Assembly: GCA_032718475.1 (NCBI GenBank)
Contig: JAUCBJ010001071.1
Span: 107,494-171,493, forward strand
Direction: 5' to 3'
Origin: Nemertoderma westbladi
Taxonomy: Eukaryota; Animalia; Xenacoelomorpha
Length of the DNA: 64,000 nt
Part shown: one piece after another, positions 38,932-53,000 of the stretch
How positions within the stretch are numbered: position 1 is the stretch's first letter
Layout of the letters: each line of letters begins with the position of its first letter
Program-made: the position numbers and the translations under genes
The notes under the pieces: generated by a model
The model's database searches: none
The model's input: only the letters and a program-made list of their open reading frames with translations
What the model was told of the DNA's origin: nothing

Positions 38932-38974
38932 ACCACGCTGATGAGACCCAGTAAGGTCGAAACGCGTACGTGGT
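38932..38974 (+). ncRNA. Minimal type I hammerhead ribozyme
   Basis: ACCACG-CTGATGA-GACC cagtaa GGTC-GAAA-CGCG-TA-CGTGGT: intact core, stems I and II, palindromic stem III. Confidence 0.92.
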
Positions 38975-39177
38975 TTGGAGAGATATGAGATACTAATTTC
39001 AAGAAAAATTACGCGATTCTTAAATTTGTACACTACCCGGTTAAAAAGTACGCATGTGATGGGATTAGTCCTACAATTGCGCCAATAAATTATTAAAATA
39101 AGTTATTTTCGGTAAAATAAACTTGTCATTCAAGGTAAAGACCCCTAGATCCCTTCCTATAATATAATAAATGCATA

Positions 39178-39497
39178 ACTAGAGACGGCGTCAAGACGCC
39201 GTTAAGCAAGTCGGAAGTCATCAATCAAATGTAAATTCCATCAACAAGCTGTCATTGGTGTTATTTTACCATTGCGCCTATGGCGTTTTTTCGTTTATGT
39301 CTATTTTTCGAGCCCACGGCTCATGGACGAAATAGCGGAACATACCAGGGACCTTAGAATCGCGGTATCTAGCCGCTGTGAAAATTTCATCAAAATCGTT
39401 AGAGTAGTTTTGGCTGTAGATCAGCCAGTCAGCCAGCCAGCCAGCCAGTCAATCAGCCAACAATTCTTACAGTAATCAAGTCCTACGACTTGCTAAT
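39178..39497 (-). mobile_element. HINE/DINE-1-like element
   Basis: Subterminal IR AGCAAGTCG/CGACTTGCT, hairpin ACGGCGTCAAGACGCCGT next to CTAG, (CAGC)n microsatellite; splits the retrozyme consensus AATGCATAATAACAAAC. Confidence 0.75.
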
Positions 39498-39766
39498 AAC
39501 AAACACCTCGAAAAATACAGCTTGCCAACACATTGTTACTGTCACACCCCAATCACAACATCTAACAGTAGGCTGGTAGGCCCTACAGCGCATTTGTCAA
39601 GTTGTACCGGTACCCTCAGTCAGTCACTGCCTCATTACAGTTTTATAGTTAGTACTGTAACTGTAGTAGGCCTACTCCCGGCAGAACACTACAGTACTGC
39701 AGTACTACCGGTACTGAAACAGTGCATCAGTGAATAATTTAACATCAACAATCCTGCAATCTGACA

Positions 39767-40312
39767 ATGCGCGTAGAGAGGTGTTATTTCTGTTCCTGCC
39801 CTGTTTACCCTGGACACGGAATTTTGTTTGTGAGAAACGACTCGAAACAGTTCCAATTCTGTCGCCCAAAATGTCACAAAGCGTTTAACCGAAAGAAAAA
39901 CCCGAGGAAAGTGCGTTGGACGAAAGCGTTCCGGAAAGCCTCGGGAAAGGAGCTGACGGTGGACGCGGCCTTCGAGTTCGAGAAGCGGAGAGACTGTCCG
40001 TTAAAATACAACCGAGAACTTTGGGGTAAAACTCTGACAGCGATGAAACGCATAGAGGCTATTCGAACGCGGCGGTTTAATCGACACATCGAGAGGCGGT
40101 TGAAGAAGGGAGACGAACTCCTCAAACAAGCGGACATTAGGGAGGTTAATAAGAACATTCATTTAGCGACATCAGTTAAAGCACGTCGGAAGGAAGTTGT
40201 TATAGAACCGGAGACTACCGGAAGGGAACGTTCCGTTCCCATGGAGGAGGAGTTACTGGCCCCGGTTATTCATCACGAAACTCAGGATATGGAAGTTATG
40301 GAGGAAAATTAA
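39767..40312 (+). CDS. RSL24D1: Ribosome biogenesis protein RLP24 (L24e family), intronless
   Basis: [67 protein letters not shown]. Confidence 0.96.
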   Translation: MRVERCYFCSCPVYPGHGILFVRNDSKQFQFCRPKCHKAFNRKKNPRKVRWTKAFRKASGKELTVDAAFEFEKRRDCPLKYNRELWGKTLTAMKRIEAIRTRRFNRHIERRLKKGDELLKQADIREVNKNIHLATSVKARRKEVVIEPETTGRERSVPMEEELLAPVIHHETQDMEVMEEN

Positions 40313-40914
40313 ACAGATAAATCTGTAAATAAGTTCTTGTGTTTCCAGTTTTATTTAAAATTAAAGTCTTATATTAAGCGACTAAACGTGGCAACGTAAA
40401 CTGGTAATATAATTACGTACACGTGCTTTTCTGCCCTTGCTATATTTGAATTTCCGTTGTGCAAATTATATTGAGAATGGATGACGGAATTGGGTTGATA
40501 TCAGAATTTCACACCAGTTACATTCATCATTACTTAAGATAGTATAATGTGACCCCGACTTAAGATAAACATGTAAATTTCCAATAAGAGATTCCATTAC
40601 GAAATATTTTATGAAGCGCCATTTTTTTTGTCAGATTTACGTTCGGAATTGGAATTGTCCTGGGTCGCTTCTCAAAATGAAAAATATTGGTGGTATATAA
40701 AAACATATTATAAAATATTATTGTAAAAAACGGTCCTCAGCCTTAATAAAAAGCATGATTCCTTCCATGTGTGAAGTAGAAATGTATTGAAACTGTGTAG
40801 TTAAGTTATAAAAATATTTATTTAAATTTTTTCATTAAATTCTGTGGGTCCATATGGGCAGTGGGCACAGTGTAACACCGTAGTAATGTTGCCGATACCA
40901 TTTTACAAACTACA

Positions 40915-43900
40915 CGAACACCATATTACCACACTAAATGCAGCTTATTCTACTGAACACCATAACACCAACGCACTAACTGCACCTTATCCTATTCTTA
41001 ACACCATAACACCACCACACTAACTGCACCTTATCCTATTCTGAACACCATAACACCACCACACTAACTGCACCTCATCCTATTCTGAACACAATAACCC
41101 CATCACACTAACTACACTTTATCCTATTCTGAACACCATAACACCACCACACTAACTGCACCTTATCCTATTCTGAACACCATAACACCACCACACTAAC
41201 TGCACCTTATCCTATTCTGAACACCATAACACCACCACACTAACTGCACCTTATCCTATTCTGAACACAATAACCCCATCACACTAACTACACTTTATCC
41301 TATTCTGAACACCATACCATAACACCACCACACTAACTGCACCGTATCCTATTCTTAACACCATATCACCACCACACTAACTGCACCTCATCCTATTCTG
41401 AACACAATAACCCCATCACACTAACTACACTTTATCCTATTCTGAACACCATAACACCACCACACTAACTACACCTTATCCTATTCTGAACAACATATTA
41501 CCACCACACTACCTACACCTTATCATATTTTGAACACCGTATCAACACCACACTGCTGCACCTTATCATATTCTGAATACCATATCACCACCACACTAAC
41601 TGCACATTATCATATTCAGAACACCATAACACCACCACACTAACTGCACCTTATCCTATTCTGAACACCATAACACCACCATACTAACTGCACTTTATCC
41701 TATTCTGAACACAATGCACCCTATCGTAATCTGAACACCATTACACTACCACACTAACTGCACCTTCTTATTCTTTTCTTAACACCATAACAACACCACA
41801 CGAACTAGACCTCATTCCCTTCTGAACACCATAACACCACCACCACACTAAGTTCACCTTATCGTAATCTGCAACACAATATCACCACCACATTAACTGC
41901 ACCATTTCTTAACACCATAACAACACCACACTAACTACTCCTTATCGTATTCTGAACACCATATAACCACCACAGTACTGCAACTTATCCTATTCTGAAC
42001 ACCATAACACCACCACACTAACTACACCTTATCCTATTCTGAACAGCAAAACACCACCACCACACTAAGTACACCATATCCTACTCTGAACAACATAACA
42101 CCACGCCACTAACTGCATCTTGTCCTACTCTGAACACATTGTCACCACCGCACTAATTGCACCTTATCGTATTCTGAACACCATATCACCACCACACTAA
42201 CTGCACCTTATCCTACTGAACACTATATCACCACCACACTAACTGCACCTTATCGTATTCTGAACAGCATGTCACCGCCACACTAACTACACCTTACCCT
42301 ACTGAACACTATATCACCACCACACTAACTGCACCTTATCGTATTGTGAACACAATGTCACCGCCATACTAACTACACCTTATCCTACTGAACACTATAT
42401 CACCACCATACTAACTGCACCTTATCCAATTCTGAACACCAAATCACCACTACACTAACTGCACCTTATCCAATTCTGAACACTGCACCTTATCATATTC
42501 TGAACACCATAACACCACCGCACTACTGCACCTTATCCTACTGAACACTATATCATCACCAAACTAACTGTGTGTCAACCTTACCCTATTCTGAACACCA
42601 TATCACCACCACACTAACTGCACCTTATCCAATTCTCAACAGTGCACCTCATCATATTCTGAACACCATAACACCACCACACTACTGCACCTTATCCTAC
42701 TGAACACTATATCATCACCAAACTAACTGTGTGTCAACCTTACCCTATTCTGAACACCATATCACCACCACACTAACTGCACCTTATCCAATTCTGAACA
42801 CTGCACCTTATCATATTCTGAACACAATCACACAACCACACTACTGCACCTTATCCTACTGAACACTACATAATCACCAGACGAAGTGTGTGTCAACCTT
42901 ACCATATTCTGAACACCATATCACCACCACACTACTGCACCTTATCCGACTGAACACTATATCACCACCACACTAACTGCACCTTATCGTATTCTGAACA
43001 CCATGTCACCGCCACACTAAGTACACCTTATCCTACTGAACACTATATCACCACCACACTAACTGCACCTTATCGTATTCTGAACACCATATCACCACCA
43101 CACTAACTGCACCTTATCCTACTGAACACCGTATCACCACTACACTAACTGCACCTTATCCAATTCTGAACACTGCATCTTATCATATTCTGAACACAAT
43201 AACACCACCACACTACTGCACCTTATCCTACTCAACACTATATCACCACCACACTATCTGCACCTTATCGTATTCTGAACACCATATCACCACCACACTA
43301 CTGCACCTTATCCAATTCTGAACACTGCACCTTATCATATTCTGAACACAATAACACAACCTCACTATTGCACATTATCCTACTGAACACTACATAATCA
43401 CCAAACTAAGTCTGTGTCAACCTTACCATATTCTAACACCATATCACCACCACACTACTACACGTTATCCGCCTGAACACTATATCACCACCACACTAAC
43501 TGCACCTTATTGTATTCTGAACACCATATCACCACCACACTAACTGGAACTGCACCTTATCCAATTCTGAACACTGCACCTATTCTGAACACAATAACAC
43601 AACCACACTACTGCGCCTTATCCTACTGAACACTACATAATCACCAAACTAAGTGTGTGTCAACCTTACCATATTCTGAACACCATATCACCACCATACT
43701 AACTGCACCTTATCATATTCTGAACACCATATCACCACCACACTAACTACACCTTATCATATTCTGAACACCGTATCAACACCACACTAACTGCACCTTA
43801 TCCTATTCTGAACACCATATCACCACCAGTCCACCACACTAACTGCACCTTATCCTATTCTGAACACCATATCACCACCACACTAACTACACCTTATCCT

Positions 43901-44255
43901 ATTCTGAACACCATATCACCACCACACTAACTGCACCTTATCCTATTCTGAACACCATATCACCACCAGTCCACCACACTAACTGCACCTTATCCTATTC
44001 TGAACACCATATCACCACCACACTAACTACACCTTATCCTATTCTGAACACCATATCACCACCACACTAACTGCACCTTATCCTATTGTGAATACCGTAT
44101 CAACACCACAATGACTAAGTGATTACACCTTATCATATTCTGAACACTGTATCAACACCACACTGCTGCACCTTTTCCTATTCTGAACCCCATCAAGACA
44201 ACACTGTTGCACCTTATCCTATTCTGAACCCCATCACCACCACACTGCTGCAACT
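40915..44255. repeat. ~44-bp degenerate minisatellite, ~3.3 kb
   Basis: Unit CACCATAACACCACCACACTAACTGCACCTTATCCTATTCTGAA with shortened variants. Confidence 0.96.
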
Positions 44256-45359
44256 TATCGGAAACTCATCGAACCGGTATTTGTATTTATCGCTCGTAAA
44301 ATGTTATCCCGGTAAGCTCCATTACAACAGCGTTATTTACCATACGATTATTATACGCACCGAGGAACTGATAAAGAGGCATTCTTAAGTCAATTCGAAC
44401 AATTTTTTCTTAAATTCATCTTATATTTTTTATGTTACACCATTCAATATAATTTATTTTTCTAATTTCACCAATTTATACTCGTTTCGCAGTTTATCGG
44501 AGACTGTGTATTGGATCCCCGCGATCCGTATCCCAAATATTTCACACAGGTCGTCTTTTCTACTTAAGGCGCGTTTCTTTATAACTTAATTTCTTAACTT
44601 CCTGAATTTGATTTCTTTTTTTTTAAACGTAATTTCTAGAAACTTCATGTCACATCACTAATTGATACGTAGGGCCTATAATCATGAGTTTTTTTTGAAA
44701 AATTGATCCAGCATTTTTATATGAGGTTTTTACCTGTTTATGAGCTATTTTCAAGCTCTTTTTGAGCTTTATTCTATGTTTTTTATGTTTAAATATTCCC
44801 AAATTTTCAGATTCATTTTGAAGCAATGGATTTCTTGAATTTTTTTTCAACGAGAAGGAGCTCGAAAAAATACATCGCGGAAACGGGCCTATTAGCATGT
44901 TCTATAAATCAGCTGATCTGCATACTGTAGCAACGCCCAGCAACCACATAAACAATGTGCAAGCGGATGTTGTGATAGATAACTTCCGCATACAGTATTA
45001 GCACTCTAGGTTGGGACTGCCTCGCAAAGCCTAAAATCAAGGCCTTTCTGGAAGAGGTGGCCTTGGTCGAAAAGTATTTCAAATACAAAGAGAGGGGAAG
45101 GGTCTCTTGTCGCAGTCAAAATTAAACCCGATCGATGATACGAACCAATATGAAACGTACTAGCGTGTACGACATTATTGGGTTTATTGTTTTAGTTAGA
45201 ATCTTTTTCCTTAACTGATGATTAAGAGATATTAATTCACCGCGAGCATTTGTTTCAATTGTCTACATTTTTCTCCCCTGTCTCTTCAAATATATTTATA
45301 ACATTAATACCGGTGCAGTGTTCTAGCTGATGTTAAATTTATACGTATTTATATTAATT

Positions 45360-48184
45360 ATGGACGACAACGATAAAACGCGTCTCGCATTCCCAAAAGC
45401 GGAGGGGCTATTCCTCGGGGTTCCTGAGTGGCTAGAGACCCAGAAGATTGTCTGCGACGTTCGGGTATCCAACCGACAACCGGCCCTACCGAACTCCCTC
45501 GCGGAATGGGAACACCGCCATTGTTGCGTTCTACCGACGGATCTCAAGGAGTTCTACGCGCGTTCCGACGGCGTTCTACTCCAGTGGAACGTTATGTTCG
45601 ACGATATTATCACGAAATTGGGTCGGTTTGAGGTGAATCCGGTGACCTCGTTAACTAGACTCGCTGGGGTCGGGAAAACCAACCCACTTTTATTCCTGGA
45701 GAGTTCCATAACAACCAACAGGTTGGTTTGTTAATGAACTGATAAAAGTAATGTGTTGCTAATTTTCTTGCTGTGGTCGGTGGTTTATATAAATCTTATT
45801 TACTTTCTTCTTGGTATCATCGCAAGAACAAACATTGGTTTAATCCGGAGCCTTGAGGTCACATCTGTGTAGCTCCATATGTCATGGGTTCGAGCCCCGC
45901 ATATGGGTGCCATAGGAGTTTTCCTTTCGGTTTTAATGTTTAAAGGGAATAGCAGGGCGCATCTCTGTCTTACATTGTTAAATGATAGTAAAATGAAAAC
46001 CAATTCCATATGTAGAGTTATAGTGCAGTTGTGTAGTTCTGGCTTTCGGACCTAAGGAAATAAGTCGTTAAAGTTTGTGGCTAATCCCTGGCTCTTATTA
46101 CATGTACGGCCGAATAAATTTTGAACTTTTTTATGCGGTACTTTATATTGGCATGATCCCGAGACTGGTTTTACCACTTCTTTAAACGTATTTTAATCAA
46201 AATGGTTCAATTTAAGACGTTAACAATGTAAGCCTGGACAGTGGACAGCTACAATTAATCATTAATTAATGATTATGTACCTATTAATAATATTAATTGT
46301 CCAGGTGTAGGCCTACATGTTAAATTCATATTATACATTTAGACTGCATATTACAGTAAAGGTTTAGTACAATTTGATTTTTATTACGTTTCGCTGCAAC
46401 TATTTCAACTTTTTGTCATGAATGATGTCCGTCATGTTCCGTGGTCGATAGAATTGAATACATCATTGAGTTGGGATTTATTATAATCCTCTCTCGCTCT
46501 CCTCCGGATACCTTGTACTTAAGAGACTATTATTCGGACAGCTCTGTTGAAATATGTGGGTCAGCCACGTAACAGGTCACGGCAACTGTTATCGTCCGTG
46601 TTTATCCTTTAACAAATAACTAGCCTACCTATTAAGAGTAAAGTCTCTAACATTTAACACTATGTGGTGACGATTTTATAATTTTTTAATAAGGAAATCG
46701 AATTAAGCTTATTTTTGTTACACATTGTAAACTTAATCAGTGCGGTGATATCCCCCTATCTTACGGAACGCTTCAAAGTTTTCACTAACTTAGTAACAAT
46801 GGGGGAGTACTACTACTACTACTACTAGGATCGGCATGCTGCATTGCAGCTGCATTTTTAAGAATGCTGTGCCGGCTTGTCAACAAAATTGCACCGCCAC
46901 AACTCCCTATCACCCATGACATTTGCTAGATCATCCGCATCTTCAAGGCCAGTGTCCTTTAAGATGCGTCTCAAGAAAGTCATGGGCTGTCCACCATGCT
47001 TATTCACTCCATGAGGCTGCCAAAGTACAAGATTATGCACTGGCTGGTCCTCACGGCGAAAGCAATGTCCTGCAAAGCGGAGGCGATTTTGTTCTAGTGT
47101 CAAGCTTGGGGGAACCAATGAGACACCTCCAATGTTATATAGTGTCTGGTTGGAGATGTGTGCATTGTACTTGACAGAATGAACCCGGCGTAGCATTCTT
47201 GTGAATGTGCCATCCAGAGATTTGGTGTCCTCAGCAGTTAGAGCCCAGCATGGACTCCCGTAGAGGAGTACTGGAACTACTGCTGCTCTAAATAATCAGT
47301 ATAGTTATGGGGAGGGGGACCGCAGACCGCACTGGAAATAAGTCATAGACTTTGTGTCATGGTTGGCATGACGGCAGAAGAAAATAAATTTTAACCTTAT
47401 TAAGTTTAATACTATTATTTGTTTTTTTGTGGCAAGCTACTGTATTCTATCCAAAACACTAATCAAAGTTACAGGTTACAGCTTAATTTTTGTTTGAAAT
47501 CAGCTGTTATTTGCCTTTGTTTTCACTAACTTGATCAACTATGTTAGAGTCACCATGGCAACAGCTCACATTTACAATGTACGAAGTTATCCAAATTTAG
47601 ACTTAGAACTGAAGATGTGTAATCAAGGTAGTGTCAAATCGAATTGTTGTTACGATAATATATATTGTTTATTTTATATCAGGGGTCACAAAAAACCACG
47701 GTTTGACGAATCCAGTCGAATATTCGAGTTGGATCCTTGTCAAGGTTTCGGTAAACTCTGTTTGGTCTACAACGAAACGAAACCAAACTCTCCGGCTAGC
47801 CTCGCCGAAATATGGTTTATGGATCGTGGATTCAACTGGAATTTTATCGGAAGGTCCTTCAGCGAATATTACCGCGTGGCGTTGTGCCATCTCGGTCTGC
47901 CGTTGTGGCATTACGCGCTCACTGATATCGGATTGCCACTTAGCGCCACCCAGTGGTTTAATTATTTCTCCCCCCTACGGGCGGCGTTGAGTTCTTGTTT
48001 AGGTCGAACTGTAAACATACCGACTGAGGAAAATCCAGTGGAGAATAAACTCGATACTCAACTGTTATTTAAAGATAAAACCGAGAAACCGACTCCTAAA
48101 AAATCGCAGACTCAACAACATCGTTCCAAATCCTCGCTAATTAAAGCCAACACCAAGACTAATATTCTTAACAAACTTTCATAA
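45360..48184 (+). CDS. TPGS2: Tubulin polyglutamylase complex subunit 2; 2 exons (45360-45721, 47683-48184), 287 aa
   Basis: WEHRHCCVLPTDLKEFY..SDG..LQW and PRFD..SRIFELDPCQGFGKLCLVY..EIWFMDR..F..YYR..HLGLP.W; phase-2 compatible splice sites. Confidence 0.9.
46808..47292 (-). mobile_element. RTE-clade LINE, 5'-truncated 3' end in the TPGS2 intron
   Basis: VVPVLLYGS..W, LRR..HISN..LY, RLRFAGHCFR, DRELWR; (TAG)n tail at 46808-46829. Confidence 0.85.
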
Positions 48185-49024
48185 CGATGTTGGATTTTTA
48201 GCTTTTATTTTGTAAATCTTTATTTAACTAATTGTACAGTTAATCAACTTTATTTTACTTCATCTCCTGGCATATAATAAATAATATAGCAATGTAGGCC
48301 TACTATTGTATATAAAGTTATTTGAAAATGCAAAACAAAATTGAAACCTTACTTTTTTATAATATAAGACGTGGGGGGCGTATAAAAGGTAGCTGAATAT
48401 AAAAAGTGTAAAAAATGTCTCAGGATTGTAGGCCTACTAGATCGTGACAACAGATTATAACAGCGGAAAACCCTCAGTGCGATTAAAATAGAATCCAGAT
48501 GTTTCGAAAAATATTCCAGAACGAAAAATGTTCTATATCACTAAATAACATTTTTAATTAATAGATATGATGTTATAGAACATTAAAAAAAATAAGAAAT
48601 AAAAAATGGGCCCAGTTAATATAGGGGTTTTTATTTTTTAATAATTTTTATATAGGGCGCCTAACTTTTAAGCACCATTTTCGTTCGTAAAATTTCTATA
48701 AAAATTCTTACAAATTATATACAAATTTTCAAAAGTTGTATTAAAAGCTTTATAAAAAGTTTTTAAAAGTTATATAAAAATTCGTAAAAGTTAAAAAAAA
48801 TCCAAAAATTTATATAGAATTAGAATTTCAAAGTTATCCAATTGTATTATTGTCATTCCAATTATTTATTCGAGAATATTTCCAAACACAAAAATACTGC
48901 AATTAATTAACTTTTACGAATTTTTATATAACTTAATGAATTTTGATCTTTTACGATTTTTTATATAACTTTTAGGTTTTTTTTTATACAGCTTTTACAT
49001 TTATACATATATGTACACTGTAGG

Positions 49025-49263
49025 CAGTGGCGGATTTAGGGGGTATGTCACCATGTCATGACAAAATACCCCTTGAAAAAACCTATAAATCTATTTTTTT
49101 TACTCTCGATATATTTATTCAGTAAAACGACTTTTCAGCTCTTTTCATCAATAACATAATAAGCCTAATCCTGGTCCCGCCCCCTCCCCCCCCCCCCCCC
49201 CCCCCCATCATCTCTTAAATAAAGTATGACATACTCCTTTCGAAATTACAATATCCGCCACTG
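49025..49263. mobile_element. hAT-like MITE
   Basis: TIR CAGTGGCGGAT/ATCCGCCACTG; 8-bp TSD ACTGTAGG/ATTGTAGG (one mismatch). Confidence 0.85.
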
Positions 49264-49488
49264 ATTGTAGGCCCCTAAAGTTTTGTAAATTTTAATACAA
49301 TTTTTGCTAACTAAAATGGACTTTAACCAGAATATTTAACCAATATCACTATTAACGGACCAAATTCCAGAACTGAATAATACCATTTACAATTTAATAA
49401 GATAAATGAAATGGGTAGGCCTACTGTATTTGGTGGTTGGTAGTCCTACTACTGATATTCGTAATGAATATTAGTAATCAATTATAAA

Positions 49489-50096
49489 ATGATTAAACTC
49501 TTATTCACATACTACTTCGCCATACAAATCTTGTCGTTTGCCAAAGAGCTCGATTCTAGGTGTACTACGGATGTGGAATGTGAGGATAACAATATAAACT
49601 CTACGGGTTTCAAATGCCGTGAAAATAAATGCGTTGAAATAGAACAAGTTACGAAGAAACAGAAGAAAGGGAATAAGATCCCACTAAAAGGTAAGTAAAA
49701 CACTGTAGAGATAAAAATTAAGGCATTATACTGTACACTACAGCATAGGAATAGATAAGGCAGGAGTTCCGATATTGAGCAGTATATTTCTTTGACTTAC
49801 AATAAAATAATATTTCCTTGACTTACAATAAAATATTTTTATTTAACTCTACAATTAATTAATAGGGTTGTATTGTAAATTATTATCTATAACTCATGTT
49901 TTTTTTTATTTCGCATCGACAAGCTTGGGTAATTTGCACTCCTGTATTAATCGTTGTTGCAATTGCCATTATTATAATATGCGGGAAAATACTCCACATC
50001 AGGAAAGGCAAATGTTGTCAGAAATCCACTGTAATCGGACCCTACGAATGGCTTACTGTTGAAAAACCGTTAAGTAAGTTTAAGCTATTAAATTAG
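49489..50096 (+). CDS. Small single-pass membrane protein with Cys-rich ectodomain; 2 exons (49489-49690, 49924-50096), 124 aa
   Basis: Signal-peptide-like N-terminus, CTTDVEC..FKCRENKC, strong AAG|GTAAGT donor, phase-1 compatible CAAG acceptor, TM segment WVICTPVLIVVAIAIIIIC. Confidence 0.6.
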
Positions 50097-53000
50097 TTTT
50101 CTCTAAAATATCCTCTTTATTGTCCGCAAAAGTGCGGACAATAATACTCAAAGAAGATCAGTAATTACGTTGGTAATTATGAATAAATTTAGCAATAAAA
50201 TATTTTGTATTAAGTTGGATCTTGTGCTCCAGTAGTTTAATAAAATTTGTGTTTGATTATTTGATTACCGGTACTGTTCTGGAATATGAGCCTCGTGCTT
50301 AAGGTACCCTTTCGCTTGTAATGCCACAACTATACTGACTGACTCAAAGAAATAAAGTTATCAATCAATATGACACTGAGACACAACTCAGTAACCAATC
50401 AAATATACAAACCTATAATAAACCAACAAATTTATCGCGCGTAATGTTATCTTACACCTATAAAATATTGAAGTAGGCCTACTCTTAATATAATAGAACA
50501 CAAAGAGGGTAAATAAAATAGCACAATGGGGTAGACGACTCGGAAATTTTTTTTCGAGTTTTCGTTGGTTTCATGTGAAAGAGCATGTGAAAAAACCCCA
50601 GAGAGCAATTTTACTTCAAAAAAATTAATATTTACCGAGTTATAGCGATTTTAAAACGCAAAATTAGCAACATCGAAAAATCAGGCCGTTTCAGAAAACT
50701 GCACGAGTGACGTCAGCCATAACACAGCAACAGTCGTCAAGCGCAGTTGATTGGCTAATATAAAGTATAATATTGCAGTATCTAAAATAAAACAAATAAT
50801 AAATGTAGCTATGTGGGGCGAGACACGTATGGCGAGCCATCAGCGAACTGATATAATTATACTATGGCCGTTTTTCAAAAGTCTGTGTGTGTGTGTGTGA
50901 CATGTGTGTGTGTCGGTAGCCATAAATGTCGGAAGCCATAATCTAAATTAATATATTCAGCTAAAGAGCACCAATCTGAGCGAATGATACATCGGTTAGC
51001 AAGGCAGCTAGCTACTTGCAGACCAATCATAGGTGGCCTGCAGCAGGCTGGGTTGGTTAAGTAGTAATCTCAATAAATAGGACCCAGCAGGAGAGCGGAG
51101 AGGATCTACTGTGCTGTGATTGGTTCTTGACTTACATTGGTAAGAACCAGCAGTGAATCTTAGATTAGCTTTTTTCAGTTCACATATTGTTTATAATCAT
51201 AAACACAAAATGATTCAATTATTCAATTTTGCAATGTACCGGATGGGTGCTAGCGAGGTAGGCCTAGCAGGTCGTCAGTCCGTCATCCTACAAGTTGGAT
51301 CTTGACTCTATCATGTGCGTTCATCTATATGATGCAGACCATCCTGAGCCCGTGAACATGAATTGTAAAGGCTATCTCGAGGCTGATTATTTTACACATT
51401 TACTTGATACTTGCATGAATGCGTCTTTGAGGTAAAATTGCATTATTCTACAGTTGTTTTGTTATCGGAGAAATTACTGATCAGCAAGCAGGAAATTATA
51501 ACAGCATCATCGTAACCACTCTGCTGACACTTTGCAGAATAAATTCTACCAGACCACAGCTGCGTGTTGGGAGGACGCCGACCAGTTTGCGGTTCTTCAG
51601 TCTGCCACTAGGAGGCGAAATGTCTGAAAGTGAAAATCTTATCCTATTTTGTTATTAATAATGATTTTTAGCTGATACTTAGGTCCTTTACACAATATGT
51701 TTATAATGTTTTTTTTTGCTGATACCAAGCAGAGTATACTACACCGTAAGGGTGTGTATTTGGGCTTGGGGAGACGATGATGACCAATCTACAGTTCCCC
51801 AGTCTGCCGCTATTAGGGGATGAAATGTCTGAATGAGGAAACCTACAATTTTGTTGTTTATGAATGCTTTTTTGCTGATACTTGGCACTTGGCAGGCAGT
51901 CTGTCACTAGGGGGCGAAATGTCTGAAATTACAACCTTCCATTTTAATACGATAGAGTTGCTGCAGTGACCTACTGCACTACAGGTTGTTTGCGAGGACG
52001 CTGACCACTACTCTGCAGTTATACAGTTTTCCACTAAGGGGAAAATATCACACAGTTTAAACCTTTTCCCATTTTATTATTTATCTATTACAACATAAAG
52101 CCTTATGTTTATTATTGTATGTAGCTGCAACTAAAGCGGCATCAGTCTGTTTGTTTGAGAGAATGCTCACTTATGTAAAGTTTTGTTAAGTTAATTAATT
52201 AATTTATTTATGTTTGATATTGTCCATTGATTGATTTACTGTATAGAAGCTTGTGAACTAGAAGGTTTCTAGTGTTATATATAAATATGCATTGTCTGTC
52301 TGTGAGTCTATGAGTCTGTGAGTCTGTCCAAGCTATACGCTCCGACACACGAGCACCAATCTGAGCAAATGATCGAAAGCTCTCTTCCCGAGCACATAAA
52401 CTATCGCTATCTCGAGGCTAATTTTACTTGTTTGTTTGCGTGAATGCGTATTTTGTGTGGGGCGAGACACGAATGGCGAGCCATCAGCGAACTGATATAC
52501 TGTAATTATACTATGGCCGTTTTTCAAAAGTCTCTGTGTGTGTATGTGTGTGTGTGACAACAAGGCACGAACAAGGGCAGCCGTGCCCAATAATATTTCT
52601 TGAAGTTGTACATTACTAAAATGGCAGCTAAAGCTAAAGTCATTGACCAAGCCAGTGCCTAGGCTAGCACACAAGGACATGGCCTAACCTGTAGTAGTCT
52701 AGTAGAAGGAATAGTGCTCCTTCAATACATCTCAACAGACATCAATTCATTTGCCTGTGCCTACCATAACATAACATATATGCTTGATTTCCAATCACCT
52801 CTCACCACAATTATTATTAGTAATTAAAAGTTTCAATTCGATTTGTCTTTCCGTTATCTGGTTATTCAGTTATTGCATTATTAATAAATAAATGTTGAAA
52901 AATATATCTTAGGCCAGTATTGGTTGACAGAAGGAGATACGCAATGCGTATCCCATTGCGCCTCATAATAGCCTCTCGTCAACAAGTCAACCCCACCGAC

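Larger units (their letters stand above)
38742..39540 (+). mobile_element. Retrozyme-like repeat, copy A (one monomer plus partial, interrupted by a HINE)
   Basis: Highly similar to 62438-63258; A box 38876-38886, B box 38918-38928, hammerhead 38932-38974. Confidence 0.85.

Noticed and set aside
38868-38935. tRNA gene (Gly-like), also at ~62480 and ~62890
   Set aside because: A and B boxes are present but the acceptor and anticodon stems do not pair properly; it is the head of the repeat
34700-45905. Isolated B-box-like GGTTCGA sites at ~34710 and ~45887
   Set aside because: No A box or cloverleaf; probably SINE remnants in introns
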